Shown here in pieces: positions 53,641-63,152 of a stretch of 64,000 bases of DNA. Where the stretch lies: assembly GCA_964615955.1 (NCBI GenBank), contig CAZTUG010000003.1, forward strand, positions 1,226-65,225, read 5' to 3'. The position numbers and the translations under genes were made by a program. Below the pieces are notes generated by a model, which searched no databases, was not told the DNA's origin, and saw only the letters and a program-made list of their open reading frames with translations. Within the stretch, counting starts at the first letter, position 1. Every line of letters begins with the position of its first letter. The DNA comes from an uncultured Roseicyclus sp. Lineage in GTDB: Bacteria; Pseudomonadota; Alphaproteobacteria; Rhodobacterales; Rhodobacteraceae.

Positions 53641-55116
53641 ATGAGTGACGCTGACATCATCATCGTAGGCTCTGGCATGGGCGGCGCGACACTGGCTGCG
53701 GGGCTGGTGGGATCTGGATTGCGCGTTTTGATTCTCGAACGTGGGCAGGTGCTGCATGATTGCGCCGAGGCGCGCGATGCAGAGGCGATTTACCGGCATG
53801 GCCATTTCCGACCGGATGAAACCTGGCTGACGCCCGACGGGGATCGCCTGAATCCCGGCAATTACTCCTATGTCGGCGGCAATTCGAAATTCTACGGCGG
53901 CGTGATGATGCGTTACCGGGAGGCCGATTTCAGCCCCATCCGCCACATCGGCGGCACAACCCCGGGCTGGCCGCTGGCCTACAGCGATCTTGCCCCCTAT
54001 TATACTCTTGCCGAACGTCTGTTCCAGGTGCGCGGCGTGATCGGGGAAGATCCGACCGAACCTGCCCACGATGCCCCCTACGACTTTCCGCCGATTGCCC
54101 ATGAACCTGCCATCATCGACCTGAAGGCGCGACTCGCCCGTATCGGACTGCACCCTACACCGCTGCCTTTGGCTGTCGATCTGGACCGGTGGCTGCACCG
54201 TGCGGCGACGCCCTGGGACGGGTTTCCGGACACCACGGGCGGCAAGCTGGACGCGGAAAGTGCGGCGTTGGTGACGGCCTTGCGCGATTGCAACATCACC
54301 CTGCGCACCGGCGTTAGTGTGCGGCACATCGAGGTGGAGGGCGCGCGCGTGAAGGGCCTGCTCACCTCCGCCGGGCGGCTCAGCGCGCCGCGCATCGTGT
54401 TGGCGGCGGGCGCGGTGCATAGCGCCGCCCTGTTGCTCCGCTCCGCTACGCACGCGCATCCGAACGGGATCGCGAACAGCTCTGACCAGGTCGGGCGAAA
54501 CTTCATGAACCACAACGCAAGCGCGGTTCTGGCCCTGAGCCACAGACGGAACCGAAGCATCTACCAGAAGACATTGCAATTGAACGATTGGTATTTGAAA
54601 GGCGGACCGGGCGGTGCGCCGCTGGGCAACGTGCAATTGTTGGGGCGCGTGTCCGGCCCGATCCTTGCCTCGCAAACGGGGCTGCCGAAACCTCTGGCTC
54701 GGCTTATCGCAAACCATGCCATCGATTTCTACGCCATGTCCGAGGATCTGCCTGACCCTGACAGCCGTGTGACGGTCCAGGGTGATGAGATCGTTCTTGA
54801 TTGGCGCCGTTCCAATTGGGACGGGCATCTGGCGCTGGTCGCGGCACTGAAGGCGGCATTGAAGCGCGCGGGCTTCCCGGTGGTGTTGTCCAAGGCCTTC
54901 GACCGGCGCACGCCGTCGCATCAATGTGGCACGGCCCGGATCGGCGTCGATCCGGCGACAAGCGTGTGCGACCCCTTCGGCCGCACCCACGACCATCCGA
55001 ACCTCTATATCTGCGACGCCTCGCTGCTGCCGACATCGGCCGCGGTCAATCCGTCGCTGACCATCGCGGCGCTGGCGCTACGGCAGGCCGAACACTTGCG
55101 GGAGGGGACGGCATGA
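53641..55116 (+). CDS. GMC family FAD-dependent oxidoreductase
   Basis: 491 aa. IIIVGSGMGGATLA (FAD), and a C-terminal HQCGTARIG...NLYICDASLLPTSAAVNP GMC signature. Confidence 0.85.
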   Translation: MSDADIIIVGSGMGGATLAAGLVGSGLRVLILERGQVLHDCAEARDAEAIYRHGHFRPDETWLTPDGDRLNPGNYSYVGGNSKFYGGVMMRYREADFSPIRHIGGTTPGWPLAYSDLAPYYTLAERLFQVRGVIGEDPTEPAHDAPYDFPPIAHEPAIIDLKARLARIGLHPTPLPLAVDLDRWLHRAATPWDGFPDTTGGKLDAESAALVTALRDCNITLRTGVSVRHIEVEGARVKGLLTSAGRLSAPRIVLAAGAVHSAALLLRSATHAHPNGIANSSDQVGRNFMNHNASAVLALSHRRNRSIYQKTLQLNDWYLKGGPGGAPLGNVQLLGRVSGPILASQTGLPKPLARLIANHAIDFYAMSEDLPDPDSRVTVQGDEIVLDWRRSNWDGHLALVAALKAALKRAGFPVVLSKAFDRRTPSHQCGTARIGVDPATSVCDPFGRTHDHPNLYICDASLLPTSAAVNPSLTIAALALRQAEHLREGTA

Positions 55117-55835
55117 AGGCGCTCATCACCGGTGGGCAACAGGGCATTGGCTTCGGCATCGCGCAGGTGCTGCATGGCGCGGGCTGGGAGATCGCTCTTG
55201 CCGCCGACGTGCCCGATGCACCCGAGGCTCTGGCTGCCTTGCCCGGCGCGACTTACCACCAGCATGACGTGACCGATATCGGTGCGGCGGCTGCACTTCT
55301 GGACAAGGTCGGGCCGATCCATACCTTTGTGTCGAATGCCGGTGTGGGCGCGCTGCAACGCGGCGACCTGCTGGACATGACACCCGAAAGTTTCGATCGC
55401 TGCATGAATGTGAACTTGCGCGGTGCCGTCTTTCTTGCACAGGAAGTGGCGCGCCGAATGCTCGACATGCCAACCGAGCCCTACCGGTCGATGGTCTTCA
55501 TCACCTCTGTCAGCGCCGCAATTGTCAACGTGGACCGCGCGGAGTACTGCATGTCAAAGGCCGCAGCCGCGATGAGCGCGCAAGCCTTTGCCCTGCGCCT
55601 TGCGCCCCATGGCATAGGCGTTTTTGACGTTCGACCCGGTATCATCTCCACACCGCTGACCGCCCCCGTCGCCACGCGCTACGATGCGGCCATACCGCAG
55701 CTCGTGCCCGCCGGCCGCTGGGGCTATCCCGATGACATTGCCCGGATCGTCCTGCCTTTAGCGCGGGGCGAGTTCGCCTTTGCCACCGGCGCGCAGATCC
55801 CGGTCGACGGCGCGCTGTCTATCAATCGGTTCTGA
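55113..55835 (+). CDS. SDR family oxidoreductase
   Basis: ATGA overlap with the upstream gene. MKALITGGQQGIGFG, YCMSKAA (YxxxK), and PGIISTPL. Confidence 0.85.
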   Translation: MKALITGGQQGIGFGIAQVLHGAGWEIALAADVPDAPEALAALPGATYHQHDVTDIGAAAALLDKVGPIHTFVSNAGVGALQRGDLLDMTPESFDRCMNVNLRGAVFLAQEVARRMLDMPTEPYRSMVFITSVSAAIVNVDRAEYCMSKAAAAMSAQAFALRLAPHGIGVFDVRPGIISTPLTAPVATRYDAAIPQLVPAGRWGYPDDIARIVLPLARGEFAFATGAQIPVDGALSINRF

Positions 55836-55845
55836 GGGGCGCGTC

Positions 55846-57432
55846 ATGTCGGAAACATATGATTTCATTGTCATCGGTGGCGGTTCGGCCGGGTCGGTCG
55901 TCGCGTCACGCCTGTCCGAGAACCCGGATGTCCGCGTCTGTCTGCTGGAGGCCGGGGGGTCTGATCGCCACCCCTTCTTCCACCTGCCCGCTGGTTTCGC
56001 CAAGATGACCAAGGGCATCGCGTCGTGGGGCTGGAAGACCGTCCCGCAGGCGCACTTGCGGGGCAAGGTTTTCACCTACACGCAGGCCAAGGTGATCGGC
56101 GGCGGCTCTGCCATCAACGCGCAGATCTACACCCGCGGTCATCCGTTGGACTACGACGAATGGCGGCAGAAGGGCTGCGAGGGATGGAGCTACGAGGATG
56201 TCCTGCCCTATTTCCGAAAATCCGAGGATAACGACAGCTTCTCAGGACGTTACCATGGTCAGGGTGGACCCTTGGGCGTCTCGAAGCCCGTCGCACCATT
56301 GCCGATCTGCGAGGCCTATTTCAAAGCGGCCAATGCGCTTGGCATCCCTTTCAACCCCGACATCGCCGGAGAGGTGCAGGAGGGCGCGGCCTACTACCAA
56401 CTGACCCAACGAAATGCCCGCCGGTCCTCGGCTGCGATGGCGTTCCTGCATCCGAACCGAGGGCGCGCGAACCTGACCGTCAAACTCCGTGCGCAAGTGC
56501 GGCGGCTGGTGGTGGACGGTGGGCGCGCCACCGGCGTCGACATGCTGGACGGAACAAGGATCACGGCGGAGCGCGAGGTGATCCTGTGCAGTGGCGCCAT
56601 CGGATCACCTCGGCTTCTGCAATTGTCCGGGATCGGTCCGGCTGATGACATGCGCCGGCTTGGCATCGACGTCGTGCTGGACCAGCCGCAAGTGGGCGCG
56701 AACTTGCAAGACCATCTGGACCTCTATTGCATTGCCGAAGTCTCCGGCCCTCACACCTATGATCGCTTCGCAAAACCGCATCTGAGCGTGCTGGCGGGCC
56801 TGCAATACTTGGCCACCCGCAAGGGGCCGGTGGCCAGCAGCCTCTTCGAGACAGGCGGATTCTGGTATGCGGATCCGAATGCCCGCTCGCCCGATCTGCA
56901 ATTTCACCTCGGCCTTGGGACCGGGATCGAAGCCGGGGTCGTCGCGATGCCGCTCGGGGGCGTGACGCTCAATTCCTGCTACCTGCGCCCCCGGTCCCGC
57001 GGCTCGGTCCGGCTGGCCAGCAGTGATCCGTCGGCAGCCCCGCTGATCGACCCGAACTATTGTGCAGACCCGTTCGACCGGGAGATGTCCATTCGCGGTC
57101 TGAGGCTGACACAGGATATCCTTGCGCAAGACCCATTGAAGCCCTTCATCAAGGCGCAGCGCCTTCCGGGGCCAGAGGTCCGTACGGATCAAGACTACTT
57201 CGCCTTCATCTGCGAACATTCCAAAACCTCCCATCACTGTGTCGGGACTTGTGCCATGGGGCCGGGCGACAGCGCCGTCGTCACGCCGCGCCTGCGGTTC
57301 AACGGGATCGACGGGCTGCGGATCGCCGATGCCTCGATCATGCCGACTGTCGTTTCCTCCAACACCAACGCGCCCACGATCATGATCGGCGAGAAAGCCG
57401 CCGACATGATCCGCGAAGATCACGGGATCTGA
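55846..57432 (+). CDS. GMC family oxidoreductase (choline dehydrogenase-like)
   Basis: ATG at 55846. YDFIVIGGGSAGSVVASRLSE, GGGSAINAQIYTRG, and HHCVGTCAMG...LRIADASIMP. Confidence 0.9.
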   Translation: MSETYDFIVIGGGSAGSVVASRLSENPDVRVCLLEAGGSDRHPFFHLPAGFAKMTKGIASWGWKTVPQAHLRGKVFTYTQAKVIGGGSAINAQIYTRGHPLDYDEWRQKGCEGWSYEDVLPYFRKSEDNDSFSGRYHGQGGPLGVSKPVAPLPICEAYFKAANALGIPFNPDIAGEVQEGAAYYQLTQRNARRSSAAMAFLHPNRGRANLTVKLRAQVRRLVVDGGRATGVDMLDGTRITAEREVILCSGAIGSPRLLQLSGIGPADDMRRLGIDVVLDQPQVGANLQDHLDLYCIAEVSGPHTYDRFAKPHLSVLAGLQYLATRKGPVASSLFETGGFWYADPNARSPDLQFHLGLGTGIEAGVVAMPLGGVTLNSCYLRPRSRGSVRLASSDPSAAPLIDPNYCADPFDREMSIRGLRLTQDILAQDPLKPFIKAQRLPGPEVRTDQDYFAFICEHSKTSHHCVGTCAMGPGDSAVVTPRLRFNGIDGLRIADASIMPTVVSSNTNAPTIMIGEKAADMIREDHGI

Positions 57433-57436
57433 AGCC

Positions 57437-58600
57437 ATGCAACTGCCGACCTATGCCGGGACGCTGGAAGACTACATCCTTGAGGGAGACCCCCTTGTCC
57501 CCCGTGCGCCAAGCGTCCCGCTGACCCGCACCGCGTTCGCCGCGGCCCATGTGGTCAGCGATCCCCTGGCCGAGCGCGACCCGTGGCACGGGCGGCCCGC
57601 CGTGGATTGGGACGCGACGCTGCGGTTCCGGGAAGGTCTGTGGGATCAAGGGCTTGGCCTTGCGGAGGCGATGGACACCGCGCAGCGTGGCATGGGCGTG
57701 GATTGGGCGACCGCACGGGAACTGATCGACCGCACGATGCGAGCGGCCAAAGTCCATCCGATGCGCCCGCGCGTGGCCTGCGGGGCCGGAACCGACCACG
57801 TCGCACTGACCGATTTGACAGACACCTCCCGCATCACCGCTGCCTATGCCGAGCAGATGGAGGTGATCGAGGCAGCCGGTGGCCAGCTTATCCTGATGGC
57901 CACCCGCGCGCTTCCCGCGATCGGCGCGGGGCCCGAGACCTACGCGCGGGTCTATGACGACCTGATCGCACAAGCGGCGGAGCCGGTGATCCTGCATTGG
58001 TTGGGCGACATGTTCGATCCGGCCCTGCGCGGCTATTGGGGGGCGACGCGGGTGGCGGAGGCGAACGACATCGTGCTCGATATCATTAACCGGCACTGCG
58101 AAAAAATCGACGGCATCAAGATTTCCCTTCTGAATCAATCACATGAAGAGGAATTTCGCGCGCGCCTTCCCAATGGTGTCCGGCTCTATACCGGTGACGA
58201 TTTCAACTATGCCGCGCTGATCGAAGGGGATGGCACGCACGTCTCTCACGCACTTCTGGGCATCTTCGCGGCCATCGCCCCTGCCGCGAGCCAGGCGTTG
58301 GACGCGCTCGCCCAAGGTGATCACGCCACCTATCATGCGCTCCTGGAACCGACCGTTCCACTGAGCCGCGAAATCTTCAAGACGCCGACGCAATTCTACA
58401 AGGCAGGCATCGCGTTCCTGGCCTGGCTGAACGGTTGGCAACCCCATTTCATCATGCCCGGAGGCTTCCAATCCTCTCGTGAAATCAGCCACTTCGCCGA
58501 GGTTTTCCGGTTGGCCGACAAGGCACGCCTGCTCTCCGACCCGGACCTTGCCTGCCGCCGCATGGGCACGCTTCTGGCGCTGCACGGGATCGACGCTTGA
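57437..58600 (+). CDS. DUF993 family protein (DapA-like TIM barrel of unknown function)
   Basis: 387 aa. The overall sequence (PLTRTAFAAAHVVSDPL...VDWDATLRFREGLWDQGLGLAEAMDTAQRGMG...ILHWLGDMFDP) matches my recollection of the DUF993 family. Confidence 0.7.
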   Translation: MQLPTYAGTLEDYILEGDPLVPRAPSVPLTRTAFAAAHVVSDPLAERDPWHGRPAVDWDATLRFREGLWDQGLGLAEAMDTAQRGMGVDWATARELIDRTMRAAKVHPMRPRVACGAGTDHVALTDLTDTSRITAAYAEQMEVIEAAGGQLILMATRALPAIGAGPETYARVYDDLIAQAAEPVILHWLGDMFDPALRGYWGATRVAEANDIVLDIINRHCEKIDGIKISLLNQSHEEEFRARLPNGVRLYTGDDFNYAALIEGDGTHVSHALLGIFAAIAPAASQALDALAQGDHATYHALLEPTVPLSREIFKTPTQFYKAGIAFLAWLNGWQPHFIMPGGFQSSREISHFAEVFRLADKARLLSDPDLACRRMGTLLALHGIDA

Positions 58601-59610
58601 CCCGCCGACCCACCATACTCGACGTGGCTGCCAAGGCGGGTGTGTCCAAATCGACCGTGTCACTTGTGCTGCAGAACTCGCCTTCCGTGAAACACGAAAC
58701 GCGCGAGGCCGTGCGCAAGGCGATGGCGGACATCGGCTACGTCTACAACCGCGCGGCGGCACAGATGCGGTCGGGATCCGTGGGCTTGGTCGGACTGGTC
58801 ATCAACGATCTGCGCAACCCGTTTTTCACGGAATTTGCCACCGTGCTGCAAATGACGCTGGCGGCCAAAGGCTATGCGACAGTGATCGCAAATTCCGATG
58901 AAGACACTGATTTACAAGCGAAATTGATCGGTTCAATGATTGAACACGGCGTATCCGCGCTGGTTATCTCGCCCGCCTATGGCGAAGGGTGCGGCGGTTT
59001 CGACCAAGTGGAGCGGGCGGGGATTCCGGCTTTGCAGGTGCTCCGCAAGACAGATCCGCGCACGGGACTTTTCCCGTTCGCTTCCTTCGATTACGCCACC
59101 GGATCGGCGCAGGCGACGCGGCATCTTCTGACTCAGGGCGCGCAGCGGGTCGCATTCGTTGGCGGTATGGCCGGGCGCGCCATAACCGAGGAGCGGAAGT
59201 CGGGCTATCTGGCCGAGATGAAACGCGCCGGGATGGAGCCCTACACACTCCATGGGCGCAGCTCCCGAGCCTTCGGCGTTGGCGCTGTCGAGACGCTTTT
59301 GACCAACGCACCCGATGTGGATTCCGCGATATGTTTCAATGACCTGGTCGCGTTGGGCATGCTGTCTGGATTCGCCCGTGCCGGGGTGCAGGTCGGGCAG
59401 GAATTTCGCTTGGTCGGGTTCGACGACATCGAGGAATGCGCCCAGGCTTGGCCGCAACTGTCCTCTGTCGCCTGCGATATCTCCGGGTTCGCGCGTGCGA
59501 TGGCGGATGGTCTGATGGCGTGGATGCAGGATGGTGTAACACCTCCGCCCGAGTATCGTGCGCCCATCGATCTTGTTGCTCGGGCATCAAGCACAGGACG
59601 AAGCTATTGA
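58597..59610 (+). CDS. LacI family transcriptional regulator
   Basis: The TTG start overlaps the upstream stop. HTH PTILDVAAKAGVSKSTVSLVLQNSPSVKHETREAV. Confidence 0.9.
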   Translation: MTRRPTILDVAAKAGVSKSTVSLVLQNSPSVKHETREAVRKAMADIGYVYNRAAAQMRSGSVGLVGLVINDLRNPFFTEFATVLQMTLAAKGYATVIANSDEDTDLQAKLIGSMIEHGVSALVISPAYGEGCGGFDQVERAGIPALQVLRKTDPRTGLFPFASFDYATGSAQATRHLLTQGAQRVAFVGGMAGRAITEERKSGYLAEMKRAGMEPYTLHGRSSRAFGVGAVETLLTNAPDVDSAICFNDLVALGMLSGFARAGVQVGQEFRLVGFDDIEECAQAWPQLSSVACDISGFARAMADGLMAWMQDGVTPPPEYRAPIDLVARASSTGRSY

Positions 59611-60833
59611 TAAAGAAAGACTTTCTGGTCGCGTTGTTTGATCGTGCCGTGGCCGTTGCGGACCCGATGCAGAGTCTTGCAGCTGCCCTTCCGCCCAAAC
59701 CCGCAGGCCGCGTGGTCGTGATCGGCGCGGGCAAGGCCAGCGCGCGGATGGCGGAGGCGGTGGAGGCGGAATGGGGGCCCTGCGAGGGATTGGTGATAAC
59801 CCGCTACGGCTATGGGCGGCCCTGCCAAGGTATTGAAATCGTAGAGGCTTCGCACCCGGTTCCTGATGCAGCGGGCGTTGCTGCGACTCTGCGGATGCTG
59901 GACTTGCTGGACACGGTGGGCGCGGGTGATTTCGTCCTTGCGCTGATTTCGGGCGGCGGGTCGGCGTTGCTATGCGCCCCGGTGGGCGGAATAACTCTCC
60001 TTGAAAAACAACTAGTTACATCGAATTTGCTGGCGTCAGGTGCCCCGATCGGGACGATCAACGGGATCAGAAAAGAGCTGTCCGCGGTGAAGGGGGGGCG
60101 ACTTGCGGCTGCGGCCTTTCCGGCGCGGATGCTGGCACTTCTGATCTCTGACGTGCCCGGCGACAATCCGGCGGATATCGCCAGCGGTCCGACTGTGGGG
60201 CACCGGGGTGACGCCGCCAAGGCTTTGAAAGATTTGGATAAATGGGACGTCGCGCCCGCCGCGTCGATCCGTACGTTCCTTGCGGCGGGTGGCGACCCGG
60301 TCACACCCGACGACCCGCGGCTGACACAGGTGGAGAATGTCATCTGCGCGGCCCCGGCGCAATCGTTGAAAGCAGCGGCACAGATGGCGCGCGAGGCTGG
60401 GTATGTCGTTGAATTACTTGGAGACTCCATCGAGGGTGAGGCGCGCGAGGTGGCCGCAGCCCATGCCGCGCTTGCGCAACGGGCCAAGCCCGGAACGGTC
60501 ATCCTGTCGGGGGGCGAATTGACGGTGACCCGGCGCGGGGATGGTGTGGGTGGACCGAATGCGGAATATGCGCTGGCCTTGGCTATCGCATTGAACGGGA
60601 TAGAAAATATACACGCGATCGCCTGCGACACCGATGGCGTGGATGGCGCGGCGGAGGTTGCGGGCGCCGTCATCGGGCCCGATACGCTGGCCAGGGCGCG
60701 GGCGAGGGGCCTTGATCCGCAAGCCTGTCTTGACCGCAACGACGCCCACAGTTTTTTCGCGGAGATCGGGGACCAGGTCGTGACCGGACCGACCCTGACC
60801 AACGTGAACGATTTTCGCGCAATTCTGGCATAG
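59607..60833 (+). CDS. glycerate kinase type 2 / hydroxypyruvate reductase family protein (DUF4147 + MOFRL)
   Basis: TTG at 59607, with AGGA 8 nt upstream and overlapping the LacI stop. VIGAGKASARMA, ISGGGSALL, IRKELSAVKGGRLA and TDGVDG. The earlier part of track ORF 59436.. is an alternate frame of the LacI gene. Confidence 0.8.
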   Translation: MIKKDFLVALFDRAVAVADPMQSLAAALPPKPAGRVVVIGAGKASARMAEAVEAEWGPCEGLVITRYGYGRPCQGIEIVEASHPVPDAAGVAATLRMLDLLDTVGAGDFVLALISGGGSALLCAPVGGITLLEKQLVTSNLLASGAPIGTINGIRKELSAVKGGRLAAAAFPARMLALLISDVPGDNPADIASGPTVGHRGDAAKALKDLDKWDVAPAASIRTFLAAGGDPVTPDDPRLTQVENVICAAPAQSLKAAAQMAREAGYVVELLGDSIEGEAREVAAAHAALAQRAKPGTVILSGGELTVTRRGDGVGGPNAEYALALAIALNGIENIHAIACDTDGVDGAAEVAGAVIGPDTLARARARGLDPQACLDRNDAHSFFAEIGDQVVTGPTLTNVNDFRAILA

Positions 60834-60834
60834 G

Positions 60835-60854
60835 GGTATATCAATGCTATATCA
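60835..60854 (+). promoter_or_regulatory. 20-nt motif GGTATATCAATGCTATATCA (copy B), overlapping the Dabb start codon
   Basis: Exact repeat of the 36584-36603 reverse complement. The ATG of the Dabb gene (60844) is the ATG inside the motif. Confidence 0.4.
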
Positions 60855-61152
60855 CTTGGTGATGATGGAGGCCGATGGCGACGGCGCTCAGAAGCTGATC
60901 GACGACGCGATCGCCATCCTTGAGAAGCTGCCGGGACGTATCCCCGGCTTCACCGGATTTCGCCACGGCCCGAACCTCGATTTCGAGCGGAAGTCGCAGC
61001 GCTATCCCTACGGGTTCGTGTGCACCTTCGACGACAAGGCCGCGCTGGACGCCTATGCCGCCGATGCGGACCACCGGCGCGCGGGGGGGATGCTGGTGGC
61101 GTCGTGCACGCGCGGGGCGGACGGGATCTTCGTGGTCGATCTGGAGGTCTGA
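60844..61152 (+). CDS. Dabb family (stress-responsive alpha/beta barrel) protein
   Basis: 102 aa. MLYHLVMME...FDDKAALDAYAADADH is typical of the Dabb domain. Confidence 0.8.
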   Translation: MLYHLVMMEADGDGAQKLIDDAIAILEKLPGRIPGFTGFRHGPNLDFERKSQRYPYGFVCTFDDKAALDAYAADADHRRAGGMLVASCTRGADGIFVVDLEV

Positions 61153-61236
61153 GGCTGCGGATCCGGGCGGGGCTGGTGCGAAGGGCGGATTGCGGGCAGA
61201 GTGCAGCCCGAGCAGTTCCAAAGCGGACGAACCGCC

Positions 61237-62175
61237 ATGACCGACGCCAGATCCCTTGCGCTGTTCTACGTGGCCGATGGTCAGCGGCTGGAGATCCAGT
61301 CGTGGCTTCTGGCGGCGTCGCTGGCGCGGGCACATGCGGGCGACGCGCGGGTTTGCCAATTCGCCTATGTCAGTGCCGCCCATCGCCCCGAGATCCGCGA
61401 TGTCAGCCATGCGATCTACGAGGCCTGCGAGGTGGAGCTGCGCACACTGGACGCGCCGCCCGCGTGGAAAAGCCCCTATCCCCACGGCAACAAGATGGTC
61501 GCGGCCTGTGATGCGCGCGGCACCAGCCATGCGATCTTCCTTGACACCGACATGGCGTGCACGGGTTCGCTGGCGGAGTTCATGGACCTTGCCCCCGACA
61601 CCGTCGCCGCAGCGCCGGAGGGACGACCCACATGGGGCGGCAAGAATGCCCGCTGGGCGCGCGCTTATGCACATTTTGGCCTGAGCGTCCCGCAGGAGCG
61701 GGTGCGCCTGCTGCGCGGCGCGAAGATGGAATACGTGCCCTATTTCAATGCGGGCTTCGTCGCTTTCCCCGAGGCGATGCATCCCGAGGACGGGCTGCGC
61801 TTCGCCGAGCATTGGCGCGATACGGCGGTGGACTTCGACAACAATTGCGCCATCGCGCAGAAACGGCCGTGGCTGGACCAGATCACCCTCCCGCTGACCA
61901 TGGCGCGGTTCGGATACAAGGCGCGGGTGCTGGGGGAGTTGCACAACTATTCGCTCTCGCACCGCGCGGATTATGAACGCACGCCGCCCGATACGGTGAT
62001 CCTGCACTACCACCGGCAACGCTTTCTGGCGCAGGCGCCGCAATGGCCGGGGTTGCGGGAAATGCTGCTGGACAGCGTGCCGATCGCCTTCGCGGATGTA
62101 GTCCGAGATTACGTGGCGACGGTGGAAGCGACGGTAGACGAGCGGTCAGACGCGGCGTCACAGGCGGCGGATTAG
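61237..62175 (+). CDS. hypothetical protein, glycosyltransferase family 8-like (nucleotide-diphospho-sugar transferase fold)
   Basis: ATG at 61237. FLDTDM (DxD), YFNAGFVAF and PWLDQITLP resemble the GT8 motifs (DxD, YFNxG, DQD). The assignment is tentative. Confidence 0.45.
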   Translation: MTDARSLALFYVADGQRLEIQSWLLAASLARAHAGDARVCQFAYVSAAHRPEIRDVSHAIYEACEVELRTLDAPPAWKSPYPHGNKMVAACDARGTSHAIFLDTDMACTGSLAEFMDLAPDTVAAAPEGRPTWGGKNARWARAYAHFGLSVPQERVRLLRGAKMEYVPYFNAGFVAFPEAMHPEDGLRFAEHWRDTAVDFDNNCAIAQKRPWLDQITLPLTMARFGYKARVLGELHNYSLSHRADYERTPPDTVILHYHRQRFLAQAPQWPGLREMLLDSVPIAFADVVRDYVATVEATVDERSDAASQAAD

Positions 62176-63086
62176 AGCAATGCCGCAATTTCGGCGCGCG
62201 ACGGCATGGACGCCGCCGTGCCGTGTTTCGTGACGCTGAGCGCGGCGGTGGCGGTGGCGAAGGCCAGCGCGTCTTCGATCGGTTGCCCCTCGGCCAGGGC
62301 CGTGGCGAAGCCGCCGTTGAAGGCGTCGCCCGCGCCGGTGGCGTCGACCACGGGGCCAGCTTTCATCGCCGGCGTGTGGATCGCGCGCGTCCCGTCCCAG
62401 TAAAGCGAGCCGTTGCCCCCCAGCGTCAGCAGCGCGCCCTTGCGCACGCCAAGTTCCAGCAAGGCCTGCGCGGCGGGCAGGGCATCGCCCGGCCCGGTGA
62501 CGCGAAGGCCGGTCAATTCCTCGGCCTCGGTCTCGTTCGGAGTGACATAGTCGCAAAGTGCCAGCAGGCCTGCGGGCAACGCGGTGGCGGGGGCGGGGTT
62601 GAGGATGGTGGTGACGCCCGCGCCATGGGCGATCCTCAGGAAGCTTTGCGCCGCTTCCATCGGTTGTTCCAGTTGCGTCAGGGCGACCTTGGCCGATGCG
62701 ATCCGGTCGGAATGGCCCGCGACATCTGCCGGGGACAGGTTCCCCGCCGCGCCCGGCACGATGATGATGGCGTTCTGCCCGGTGGCCTCGACGATGAAGA
62801 TGCCCGCCGATCCGGTAGGGGTGTCAGGATCTTCGACCACCAGCGGTTGCACGCCCGCCTCGGCCCAGACGGCGCGGCCCATGGCACCGAACGTGTCGGC
62901 CCCGATCCGGCTGAGAAAGGCGACATCGCCGCCCGCCCGCGCCGCCGCCACCGCCTGGTTGGACCCCTTGCCTCCCGGCCCGAGTTGAAACCCGGTGCCC
63001 AGAAGCGTTTGCCCCGCGACCGGCATCTTGACGGTCCGATACGCGGCGTCCGCGACGAAGACGCCGAGGATGATGATATCTGCCAT
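62172..63086 (-). CDS. rbsK: ribokinase (PfkB family)
   Basis: 304 aa. GPGGKGSNQAVAAARAG near the N-terminus and DATGAGDAFNGGFATALAEG near the C-terminus. Confidence 0.85.
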   Translation of the reverse strand: MADIIILGVFVADAAYRTVKMPVAGQTLLGTGFQLGPGGKGSNQAVAAARAGGDVAFLSRIGADTFGAMGRAVWAEAGVQPLVVEDPDTPTGSAGIFIVEATGQNAIIIVPGAAGNLSPADVAGHSDRIASAKVALTQLEQPMEAAQSFLRIAHGAGVTTILNPAPATALPAGLLALCDYVTPNETEAEELTGLRVTGPGDALPAAQALLELGVRKGALLTLGGNGSLYWDGTRAIHTPAMKAGPVVDATGAGDAFNGGFATALAEGQPIEDALAFATATAALSVTKHGTAASMPSRAEIAALL

Positions 63087-63152
63087 GCTGCCCCTTCACC
63101 TTGCCGGGCGATCGAAGCATGATGATGCGCAAACTGGCAAGGGAGAGCGGTC

